Assembly: GCA_046340375.1 (NCBI GenBank)
Contig: JBKDSZ010000019.1
Location: 318-64,317, forward strand
Length of the DNA stretch: 64,000 nucleotides
Direction of reading: 5' to 3'
Origin: Cyanobacteriota bacterium
GTDB lineage: Bacteria > Cyanobacteriota > Cyanobacteriia > PCC-6307 > Cyanobiaceae
The notes beneath the pieces were generated by a model that worked only from the letters and a program-made list of their open reading frames with translations, was not told the DNA's origin and made no database searches. The position numbers and the translations under genes are program-made. Of the stretch, positions 56,245-64,000 are shown piece after piece. How positions within the stretch are numbered: position 1 is the first letter of the stretch; each line of letters starts with the position of its first letter.

Positions 56245-58154
56245 CAGCGGAGCGGGCGGAGGAGTTCGGAGGAGGCGGGATTCGCCAACACCCAGGCGGC
56301 CATCAGCAGGATGCCCAGAAGCAAGGTGAGGGCATAGGCCTGGGAGCGTCCGGAGGTGGTGAGGCTGAGGCGCCGGGCCCCCTCCATGGCCACAGCGCCC
56401 GTGGTGCCGCTGAAGCCATCAACGATCCGCTGATCGGACCAGGCGCTGAGACGGGCCAGGGCCACCACCAGTCCGACGATCGTGCGGTGATAGAAGCGCT
56501 CGGTCTGCATGTCATGGGCAAGCCAGTCTTGAAGGCCGCCCAGGGCGGAGGGGAGATGGGCCAGGGGATGGGGCCGCAGATAGAACACCGCCGAAAGACC
56601 ACCGCCCACCAGGGTGCTGGCCAGCAGGGGCCAAGCCATCGGTCCCCAGCCGGCGAGGGGTGTGAGGGGAAACACGCCGTTGCGCACCAGCAGCTGGGGA
56701 AGGTGAAGCACCAAGCCCATCAACACCAGGGTGGGGAGCACCAGAAGCCAGAGGGCTTCGGGTGAGCGGGTGGTGAAGGGGCTGGGCCGACCGCCCCAGA
56801 TCTGGCCGAACACCCGCATCAGGCCCGCACTCACCAGGGCATTGGTGATGAGCACGATGGAGGTGAGCAGCAGCGGATGGCCGCTCTGACTGGCCATCGC
56901 CAGCAACTCGCGCAAAGCGGCGAAGCCGGCGAAGGGGGGAAGGCCGATCAGGCCGGCGGCGCCGGAGAGGAAAGCGATCCCGATCAAAGGCCGCTTCTTC
57001 CACAGGCCTCCCAGCTGGGTCAGGTCCTGGGTGACGTTGGTGAACACGATGGCGCCGATGGACATCAGCAGCAGGGCCATCGGCAGGGGGTAGACCAGCA
57101 TCAGGTGATCGGCCACATCGATGCCGCCCAGGCCGACGGCGATGAACAGCAGCCCCATCCAGCTGGTGACGAGAAAGGAGAGGGCCCGCTTGACGTCGAT
57201 CTGGGCCAGGGCGATCAAGGACCCCACCAGGGCGCTGGTGCCACCCACCACCACCAGCACGGATTGCACCAGGGAACTGAGGGCGATCAGGGGCTCGAGC
57301 CGCAACAACACCCAGATCCCGCCGACCACCACCACGGAGTTCCGCAGCACGGTGGAGGGCAGGGGGCTTTCCATGGCCTCATCCAGCCAGAGATGAAGCG
57401 GAATTTGAGCGCACTTCCCCATGGGACCTGCGATGAGCGCCAGCAAGATGAGCGTGACGGCGGGGCTGAGGGGAATGTGGTTGTTGGCCTGGTCGGCGGC
57501 CCAAGCCTGGAGTCCATGAAAGTTCCAGGTGCCGGTGATCGGCAGCAGGGCAATCACGCCGGCCAGAAGGATGAGGTCACCGATCCGTTTGGTGAGAAAG
57601 GCGTCGCGGGCTCCCTTGACCACAAGGGGCTGGTTGTACCAGGTGCCGACGATCAGATAGGTGCCAAGGGTGAGGAGCTCAAGAATGACATAGCTGAAGA
57701 ACAGAGAATCTGTGAGCACGAGGGCGCAGAGACCGGCCTCAAAAAAACTCAGGGAGCCAAAAAATCTTGGCCACCCCCAATCCATTTCAAGATAAGCAAT
57801 AGAATAAATCTGGACCAGCACATGCAGGCCGGTGATCACCATCATCGCGATCAGGGCCGGCTCTGTGATCAGTCCATCGAAGCCGATGCGCAGGCCGGCG
57901 GTGTCGAGCCAGGTCCAACCGAAGGTAAGGGGCCGGTAGATCGCGGAGGAGCCGGCGGTGGAATTCGAATGGAGCGCCATCAGGGCCAGGGCGGAGTGCC
58001 CGAAGGCCAGGGTGACCATCGACAGGTTGAGGTAGCCGCAGGGGCGTGGACCGGTGCGGGAGATCAGCCCGGGCGACCAAAGCAGCGAGAGCAGGGAGGC
58101 CAGCAGGGGGTAGATCGGCACCAGCCAGGCGGACTGGGCAAAGAGGAGCGTCAT
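56244..58154 (-). CDS. ndhF: NAD(P)H-quinone oxidoreductase subunit F paralogue of the CO2-uptake type (NdhF3/F4)
   Basis: 636-aa polytopic protein with an NuoL/NdhF-like N-terminus (AWLVPIYPLL...TGPRPCGYLN). It is the first gene of the ndhF-ndhD-chp cluster. Confidence 0.85.
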   Translation of the reverse strand: MTLLFAQSAWLVPIYPLLASLLSLLWSPGLISRTGPRPCGYLNLSMVTLAFGHSALALMALHSNSTAGSSAIYRPLTFGWTWLDTAGLRIGFDGLITEPALIAMMVITGLHVLVQIYSIAYLEMDWGWPRFFGSLSFFEAGLCALVLTDSLFFSYVILELLTLGTYLIVGTWYNQPLVVKGARDAFLTKRIGDLILLAGVIALLPITGTWNFHGLQAWAADQANNHIPLSPAVTLILLALIAGPMGKCAQIPLHLWLDEAMESPLPSTVLRNSVVVVGGIWVLLRLEPLIALSSLVQSVLVVVGGTSALVGSLIALAQIDVKRALSFLVTSWMGLLFIAVGLGGIDVADHLMLVYPLPMALLLMSIGAIVFTNVTQDLTQLGGLWKKRPLIGIAFLSGAAGLIGLPPFAGFAALRELLAMASQSGHPLLLTSIVLITNALVSAGLMRVFGQIWGGRPSPFTTRSPEALWLLVLPTLVLMGLVLHLPQLLVRNGVFPLTPLAGWGPMAWPLLASTLVGGGLSAVFYLRPHPLAHLPSALGGLQDWLAHDMQTERFYHRTIVGLVVALARLSAWSDQRIVDGFSGTTGAVAMEGARRLSLTTSGRSQAYALTLLLGILLMAAWVLANPASSELLRPLR

Positions 58155-58338
58155 GGAGGCGTGGACGGACTGGCCGCGGGGCCCATTTGGCGGGCAAGGC
58201 TAAGGGCCTTTGGGGAGGGCTGGGTGTCTGCGTAACAAGGAACTGCCTATCGCGGGCAGAAGCAGACTTTATGGATGGCTTGCCTTGAGCCGGCACCCCC
58301 GCTTTGCGGTGCGAGAGTCGTCTTTTGACAAGTCTGCC

Positions 58339-58785
58339 GTGGCCTGTCGTCGATGCGGCTGCCGGATGGTGACCAAAGTGGGCCACGCCCGTCCGATGTT
58401 GATCTGCACGGATTGCGGCCTGCCCCTGGATCAGCGGGACACCGCCGGAATCGCGCGGCGGCGTCTTTGGGGAGTCCTCTGGCTCGTGGGCATGGCCCTG
58501 ATGAGCGGGGCGATGCTGCTTCTGGCCATGAGCTACGAAAGCCGCCGGGTCAGTCCGTTGGAGGACTCCCTCGAACGCACGGACGATGGATCCGGGGAGG
58601 AGGCGAAACGGGAGAAGGACGATCTGCTGATGGAGCCCAGCACGCTGATGGGGCCCCGCTCCAGCCGGGGGGGAGAAGCGCCAGCCGAAGGCATCAACGC
58701 CAGCGGGTCCACCAACGGCGCAACAGAAGGAACAGGAGCGCCACCCCTGCGACCACCAGCCCGGAACGGATCAGCAGATCGCTGA
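58339..58785 (+). CDS. Hypothetical zinc-ribbon membrane protein
   Basis: GTG 58339 gives VACRRCGCRMVTKVGHARPMLICTDCGLPL (CxxC...CxxC), then one TM segment (LWGVLWLVGMALMSGAMLLLAM) and an acidic tail. The 3' end overlaps convergent dedA by about 90 nt, so the extent is doubtful. Confidence 0.3.
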   Translation: MACRRCGCRMVTKVGHARPMLICTDCGLPLDQRDTAGIARRRLWGVLWLVGMALMSGAMLLLAMSYESRRVSPLEDSLERTDDGSGEEAKREKDDLLMEPSTLMGPRSSRGGEAPAEGINASGSTNGATEGTGAPPLRPPARNGSADR

Positions 58786-59362
58786 AGGGCTCCATCCACC
58801 GCAAAACCCTGCCGTAGTTCTCCCCCAGGGTTTTTCCGGCCAGGGCGAGGGCCGAGACCAGAAGGCTGCTGCCCGCGCTGGTCCAGACCAGAAAGGCCGG
58901 CTTGGGCATCAAATCGATGCCGGCGGGCACCGAGATGAGGGTTCGGACCCCGGGCACAAGCCGGCCCCAGAAGACAACTGCGGCACCGTGGTGGTTGAAC
59001 CAGCGGCGGCTTTGACGCAGTCCCCCGGGGGTCACCCCCAGCCAACGACCATGGCGACCGATGAGGTGCTCCAGCCGCTCCTCATTGATCAACCGGCCGA
59101 TGCCGTACCAGAACCAGGCCCCGAGCACCGTGCCGAGCAGACCCGAGAGGATGACCGGCAACAGCTGCAGCTGCCCCTTGTGGGCGAGGAAGCCCCCCAG
59201 GGGCATGATCAGTTCCGCCGGGATCGGCGGGACAAGATTCTCCAGAAACATGCCCAGGGTGATCCGCCCGTAGCCGAGGAGGGGATGGGTGTCCGCCCCG
59301 GCCTGGATCAGCCGGGGCAGGGATTCCAGGGCTGCCTTGATCAAGCTCAGCCCATCAGGCAT
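58694..59362 (-). CDS. DedA-family (SNARE-associated/VTT domain) membrane protein
   Basis: FLENLVPPIPAELIMPLGGFLA...RWFNHHGAAVVFWGRLVPGVRTLISVPAG. ATG 59362 overlaps the ATPase stop by 8 nt. Confidence 0.8.
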   Translation of the reverse strand: MPDGLSLIKAALESLPRLIQAGADTHPLLGYGRITLGMFLENLVPPIPAELIMPLGGFLAHKGQLQLLPVILSGLLGTVLGAWFWYGIGRLINEERLEHLIGRHGRWLGVTPGGLRQSRRWFNHHGAAVVFWGRLVPGVRTLISVPAGIDLMPKPAFLVWTSAGSSLLVSALALAGKTLGENYGRVLRWMEPFSDLLIRSGLVVAGVALLFLLLRRWWTRWR

Positions 59363-62129
59363 GGGACCGGGCACTCCGTCGCCAGAGACGCCAGACCTTG
59401 TCCAGTTCGAGGTAGAGGAACAGCAGCAGGCTGAAGCCAACGCAGATGGCCAGATCCCCGGAGCGGAGAGGAACCGTGCCGAAGAAGCCGGCCAGGGGGG
59501 GCACGTAGAGGAGCGCCAGCTGGAGGGCGGTGGTGAGCAGGACCGCCCACAGCAACCAGGGGTTGGAGAAAGGCGCCACCTGGACCAGGGGACGATCGCT
59601 GCGGGCGGAGAGGGCATGGCCCATCTGGGCCAGGCAGAGGGTGGTGAACACCATCGTGCGCCAGGGGCCTTCGGGTCCGTAGGCGCGGTAGGCCCAGACC
59701 ATCAGGGCGATGGTGAGCGCGGCAAACACGACGCCGACCCGCAGGATGTAGGCGCCGATGCCACGGGCGAAGATCGATTCCCCGGGCTGAGCCGGGGGAC
59801 TCCGCATGAGGTCCTTCTCACCAGGTTCGAGGGCGAGGGCCAAGGCGGGCACCCCGTCCGTCACCAGATTCATCCAGAGAATCTGAAGCGGCGTCATCGG
59901 CACGCCGAACAGACCCACCAGCGGAGCGGCGGCGATCGTGAGCAGCTCGCCCACGTTGCTGCCAAGGATGTATTTCACGAAGCGGCGAATGTTCGCGTAC
60001 ACCAGCCGCCCCTCCTCGACGGCGTTGACGATCGTGGCGAAGTTGTCATCCAGCAGCACCATGTCGGCGGCTTCCTTGCTCACCTCCGTGCCCGTGATGC
60101 CCATCGCCACACCGATGTGGGCCTGCTTGAGGGCCGGAGCGTCGTTGACGCCATCGCCGGTCATCGCCACCACCTGGCCGTTGGCCTGGAGTGCCTTGAC
60201 GATGCGCAACTTCTGCTCGGGAGGCACCCTGGCGTAGAGGCTGCACTGGCGCACCACCGTGCGCAGGTGGTTGTCGTCAAAGGTTTCCAGCTCGCGTCCC
60301 AGCACCACCTCCGCCGTCTCCCCCACCAGCCCGATGCTGGTGCCGATGGCCTTGGCCGTGAGCGGGTGGTCGCCGGTGATCATCACCGGCCGGATGCCGG
60401 CTTCACGGCAACGGCTCACGGCGAGGGCAACCTCCGGACGGGCCGGATCCAGCTGGGCCATCAGGCCAAGCAGCACCTGCTCCTGCAGCTCCAGCTCGGG
60501 GCTCGGGTGATGGGGAGCGCAGGCGAAGGCGAGCACCCGCAGGCCGCCCGCCGCCAGCTCCCTGGCCTGCTCCAGCCACCAGCGCCGCTCGTTGGCCGCC
60601 AGGGCCACCACGCCGGAGCCGTCGATCCAGCGGCTGCAGGTGGCGATGATCACCTCCGGCGCGCCCTTGCTGATCAACAGGGTGCGGGATCCGGCGGCCG
60701 TGGCACCCAGGGGGTCTTGCAGCCGCCCCTCGGAATCCTGCACCCAGACCGCCATGAGCTGGCGCTCCGAGCTGAAGGGGATCTCCGCCTCCCGGGGATG
60801 GCGGCTGCGAAGGGCGAAGCCGTCGATGCCCGCCTTGGCCGCCACCACCAGCAGGGCCCCCTCGGTGGGATCGCCAAGAATGTCAAAGCGGCCGTCGGAT
60901 TCCTTGGTGAGTTCCGCGTCGCTGCAGAGCACTCCGGCCTTGAGGAGCAGATCCCGGCAGCCTTCCGGCAGGCCGGCCTCACTGCCGGCAGGCAGCGGCA
61001 GCGGACGGGCCGTGAACGTGCCCGCGGGGTCGTAGCCGTGGCCCGAAACAGCCACCGCCTCCGTGCCGCAACGCAGCTCCTGCACCACCTGGCGGTTTTG
61101 GGTGAGGGTGCCGGTTTTGTCTGAGCAGATCACGGTGACCGAGCCGAGGGCTTCGACCGCCGGCAAGCGGCGGATGAGGGCGGCGCGGCGCACCATGCGC
61201 TGGGTGCCGATGGCCAGGGTGACGGTGATCACGGCCGGCAGGCCCTCCGGCACGATCGCGACGGCCATCGAGAGGGCCACCTCGAGCAGATTGATCAGCG
61301 GCTGGCCGAGCAGCCAGCCGCCCAGCACGACGACGGCCACCAGGGCCAGGGCGGACACCACCAGCACATTGGCGAGACCATCCAGCCGTTCCTGCAGGGG
61401 GGTGGTCTCCCCGCCGGCGGTGTTGATCAGGGCGGCGATCTGTCCCAGCTCGGTGCCCATGCCGGTGGCGGTCACCACGGCCGTGCCCCGTCCACGGGCC
61501 ACTTCCGTGCCCTGGAAAAGACAGTTCTGCCGCTCAAGCACCGGAGTGGAGGCCTCCAGAAGCAGTTGCGCCCGCTTGCTCACCACTTCCGCCTCGCCGG
61601 TGAGCGCCGCCTCCCGGAGGCCCAGCTCCACGCTCTCCAGCAGGCGGGCGTCAGCGGGCACCCGATCGCCGGCCTCGACCCGGATCAGATCACCCGGAAC
61701 GAGCTGCTCGCTGGGGAGGCGCCGCCACTCCCCGTCGCGGAGCACGGTCACCAGGGGCTGGGCCATCTCCCGCAGGGCAAGCAGGGCCTTTTGGGCCCGA
61801 GCCTCTTGCAGATAGCCCAGCAGGGCATTGAGGCCCACGATCAACACGATCGCGATGGCGTCCTTGGGAAAGCGCCGTTCCACAAACGCCACCCCCGCCG
61901 ACACCGCCGCCACCGCCAGCAGCATGATCAACATCACGTTGCTGAGCTGATCCCAAAGGATGCGCAGACCGCTGCGGCCCGGCGCCAGCTCCAGACGGTT
62001 GAGACCCAGCCGGGCCAGCCGCTCGGCACTTTCGGCTTCGCTCAGGCCCTGATCGCTGGCGTGCAGCTGGTCGAGGCAGTCACGGGGGGAGAGAGCATGC
62101 CAGGCATGCCGTTCAGGAGACGGAGTCAT
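59355..62129 (-). CDS. P-type cation-transporting ATPase (P2, Ca2+-ATPase-like)
   Basis: Phosphorylation site CSDKTGTLTQN, TGES-type actuator region (LTGEAEV), the hinge MTGDGVNDAPALKQA and an N-terminal Cation_ATPase_N-like segment; 924 aa. Confidence 0.9.
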   Translation of the reverse strand: MTPSPERHAWHALSPRDCLDQLHASDQGLSEAESAERLARLGLNRLELAPGRSGLRILWDQLSNVMLIMLLAVAAVSAGVAFVERRFPKDAIAIVLIVGLNALLGYLQEARAQKALLALREMAQPLVTVLRDGEWRRLPSEQLVPGDLIRVEAGDRVPADARLLESVELGLREAALTGEAEVVSKRAQLLLEASTPVLERQNCLFQGTEVARGRGTAVVTATGMGTELGQIAALINTAGGETTPLQERLDGLANVLVVSALALVAVVVLGGWLLGQPLINLLEVALSMAVAIVPEGLPAVITVTLAIGTQRMVRRAALIRRLPAVEALGSVTVICSDKTGTLTQNRQVVQELRCGTEAVAVSGHGYDPAGTFTARPLPLPAGSEAGLPEGCRDLLLKAGVLCSDAELTKESDGRFDILGDPTEGALLVVAAKAGIDGFALRSRHPREAEIPFSSERQLMAVWVQDSEGRLQDPLGATAAGSRTLLISKGAPEVIIATCSRWIDGSGVVALAANERRWWLEQARELAAGGLRVLAFACAPHHPSPELELQEQVLLGLMAQLDPARPEVALAVSRCREAGIRPVMITGDHPLTAKAIGTSIGLVGETAEVVLGRELETFDDNHLRTVVRQCSLYARVPPEQKLRIVKALQANGQVVAMTGDGVNDAPALKQAHIGVAMGITGTEVSKEAADMVLLDDNFATIVNAVEEGRLVYANIRRFVKYILGSNVGELLTIAAAPLVGLFGVPMTPLQILWMNLVTDGVPALALALEPGEKDLMRSPPAQPGESIFARGIGAYILRVGVVFAALTIALMVWAYRAYGPEGPWRTMVFTTLCLAQMGHALSARSDRPLVQVAPFSNPWLLWAVLLTTALQLALLYVPPLAGFFGTVPLRSGDLAICVGFSLLLFLYLELDKVWRLWRRSARSHA

Positions 62130-62240
62130 TCAGAAGCACAGGTAAGGCAGAAAGTTACCCACCTTTCTCCGCTAACGATGGCTGCCTAGAGCCTCCGGAT
62201 ACGAAGGATCGTAGGTTTCGGCTGCAGCCTGGCCCAGTCG

Positions 62241-64000
62241 ATGGCGCGCTTTCAAGCCTTGATCACCCTGCGCCAATGGCTGATCGGCCAGCCCCTCCCC
62301 ACCAGTGCGCACCACGAGGAGCGCTACGGCAACGCGGAGGCCCTGGCGATCCTGAGTTCCGACGCCCTGTCCTCCGTGGCGTACGCCACGCAGGAGATTG
62401 TGCTGATGCTCGGGTTGGCCGGGGCTTCCGCCTTGGGGTACAGCCTGCCGATCACGGGGTTGATCGTGGGCCTGATGGTGATCGTCGGAACGAGCTATCG
62501 GCAGACGATCCTGGCCTATCCCCACGGGGGCGGCTCCTATCGGGTGTCGGAGGAAAACCTCGGCTCGATCCCGGGCCTTGTGGCCGGGGCCTCCCTTTCC
62601 ATTGATTATGTGCTCACGGTCGCGGTGAGCGTGGCGGCGGGGATCGCGGCCCTCACCTCCTACTTCCCGGCCCTGGAAGCGGATCGCGTGCCGCTCTGCC
62701 TGGTGGCGGTGGTGCTGGTGATGGTGGCCAACCTGCGGGGGGTCAGTTCCAGCGCCCGGGTGCTGAGCGTGCCCACCTACTTCTTCATGGGCATGGTGAT
62801 GATCCTCCTGGTGGGAGGAGCGGTGAAGGCCGGCCTGGGCCAGCTGCCGACCACCGCCCTGGCCGACCAGGAGCGGCTGTTGCGGGAGGCCCACGGCCAG
62901 GGCTTTGCCGTGGTGGGGCCCATGCTGCTGCTGCGGGACTTCAGCTCCGGCTGCGCCGCCCTGACCGGCATCGAGGCGATCAGCGACAGCGTGGCGGCGT
63001 TCAAGCCGGTGGAGTGGCGCAATGCCCGGCGGGTGTTGGTGGTGATGGTGAGCATGCTGGCGGTGATGTTCAGCGGCATCAGCGCCCTGGCCCATCAGAG
63101 CGGCGTGGTCTACGTGGAAAACGGCCCCACGCTGCTGTATCAGCTGGGGGGGAGAATCTTCGGGGATGGCCCGCTGTTGGCGCTGCTGCAGCTGGCCACC
63201 CTGCTCATCCTTCTGCTGGCGGCCAACACGGCCTATGCCGACTTCCCCCGGCTGGCGGCCTTCCTGGCGCGCGATGGATTCCTGCCGCGGCAACTGGCCT
63301 CCCTGGGGGATCGCCTGGTGTTCAGCAACGGCATCTATGCGCTGAGCGGTTTCGCAGCCCTGTTGCTGATCCTGTTTCGGGGCAGTGTCAGCCAATTGAT
63401 TCCCCTCTACGCGGTGGGGGTTTTTCTCAGCTTCACCCTCTCCCAGACGGGGATGGTGGTGCATTGGTGGAAGCAGCGCGATCGGGGCTGGCAGAGCAAG
63501 GCCCTGGTGAATGGCCTGGGGGCCGTGATCACGGCGGTGGTGACCGCGGTGCTGCTGGTGAGCAAGTTCACCCATGGCGCCTGGTTGGTGGTGCTCACCA
63601 TTCCGATTCTGGTGGCGATCTTTCTGCGCGTCCGCACCCACTACAACCATGTGGCGCGGCGTTTGCGCCTGGCGAAGGATGTGCGCCTGAAGCTGCCGCC
63701 CCCGCCTCTGAGCGGAGGCACCCCCACCGTGGTGCTGGTGGGCCAGCTGCACCGGGGCACGTTCGAGGCGATCCGTTTCGCCCGCACGATCGCCAGCGAT
63801 CTGGTGGCGGTGCATGTGGACCTGGGCACGGCGAGCACGCGGGAGTTCCGCGACAACTGGTTGCGGCAGGTGCCGGAGGTGCGGCTGGAGGTGCTGGCTT
63901 CGCCCTATCGGTCGCTGGTGGATCCGGTGGTCGACTTCGTGCGGGGATTCGAGCAGGAGCACCGCAAGGACCGGGAGCGGTTCTGCGTGATTGTGCTGCC
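62241..64000 (+). CDS. APC-superfamily transporter of the KimA (K+/H+ symporter) type, 3' end beyond the window
   Basis: Own translation gives MARFQALITLRQWLIGQPL...ALAILSSDALSSVAYATQEI...SYRQTILAYPHGGGSYRVSEENLG..PGLVAGASLSIDYVLTVAVS...FSSGCAALTGIEAIS...LLAANTAYADFPRLAAFLARDGFLPR...LIPLYAVGVFLSFTLSQTGM. As I recall the KimA sequence, this is collinear with it. The frame stays open to 64000, so it is absent from the ORF track. Confidence 0.8.
   Translation, partial: MARFQALITLRQWLIGQPLPTSAHHEERYGNAEALAILSSDALSSVAYATQEIVLMLGLAGASALGYSLPITGLIVGLMVIVGTSYRQTILAYPHGGGSYRVSEENLGSIPGLVAGASLSIDYVLTVAVSVAAGIAALTSYFPALEADRVPLCLVAVVLVMVANLRGVSSSARVLSVPTYFFMGMVMILLVGGAVKAGLGQLPTTALADQERLLREAHGQGFAVVGPMLLLRDFSSGCAALTGIEAISDSVAAFKPVEWRNARRVLVVMVSMLAVMFSGISALAHQSGVVYVENGPTLLYQLGGRIFGDGPLLALLQLATLLILLLAANTAYADFPRLAAFLARDGFLPRQLASLGDRLVFSNGIYALSGFAALLLILFRGSVSQLIPLYAVGVFLSFTLSQTGMVVHWWKQRDRGWQSKALVNGLGAVITAVVTAVLLVSKFTHGAWLVVLTIPILVAIFLRVRTHYNHVARRLRLAKDVRLKLPPPPLSGGTPTVVLVGQLHRGTFEAIRFARTIASDLVAVHVDLGTASTREFRDNWLRQVPEVRLEVLASPYRSLVDPVVDFVRGFEQEHRKDRERFCVIVL

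Noticed and set aside
62130-62240. Possible ydaO/c-di-AMP riboswitch in front of the KimA-like gene
   Set aside because: The leader is only 111 nt, and I cannot find the paired ACGGGGA/CCCG-type conserved blocks.
62172-63962. 596-aa minus-strand ORF
   Set aside because: It is antisense to the KimA-like open frame that runs from 62241 to the window end. The plus-strand translation has strong family motifs and the minus-strand one has none.

Overview
High-G+C chromosomal segment of a picocyanobacterium of the Synechococcus/Cyanobium type. The assignment rests on petH with a CpcD-like domain, sasA, zwf-opcA, an ndhF/ndhD/CO2-hydration-protein cluster and a CpcS/CpeS-family gene. Most of the window is densely packed housekeeping DNA: lexA, argF, ftsH, ribD, pepN, petH, zwf, opcA, cobB, crtE, folD, leuA, a GH57 branching enzyme, an AapJQMP/Nat-type amino-acid ABC transporter, a P-type ATPase and tRNA-Ala(GGC) and tRNA-Glu(UUC). 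Many long ORFs in the supplied track are antisense shadow ORFs, as expected in GC-rich DNA, and were not called. Accessory-looking parts are visibly AT-richer. (i) The left end (1 to about 2050) abuts the 3' end of tRNA-Ala. It carries an IS transposase fragment, a decayed HigB/HigA-type toxin-antitoxin pair and a HARE-HTH/GIY-YIG nuclease gene bracketed by copies of a 12-15 nt word. (ii) An orphan low-GC gene lies at 4136-5194. (iii) An OafA-type acyltransferase lies at 15018-17096. (iv) An 880-bp AT-rich spacer lies at 42757-43635. The most interesting candidate system is a tightly coupled four-gene module at 43636-48508, with no function known to me. It encodes an 810-aa TPR-like protein, a 97-aa J-like protein without a canonical HPD, a short GrpE-like protein and a lid-less Hsp70. 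No CRISPR array, rRNA or convincing riboswitch was seen. All homology statements are motif recognition by eye, not database searches.
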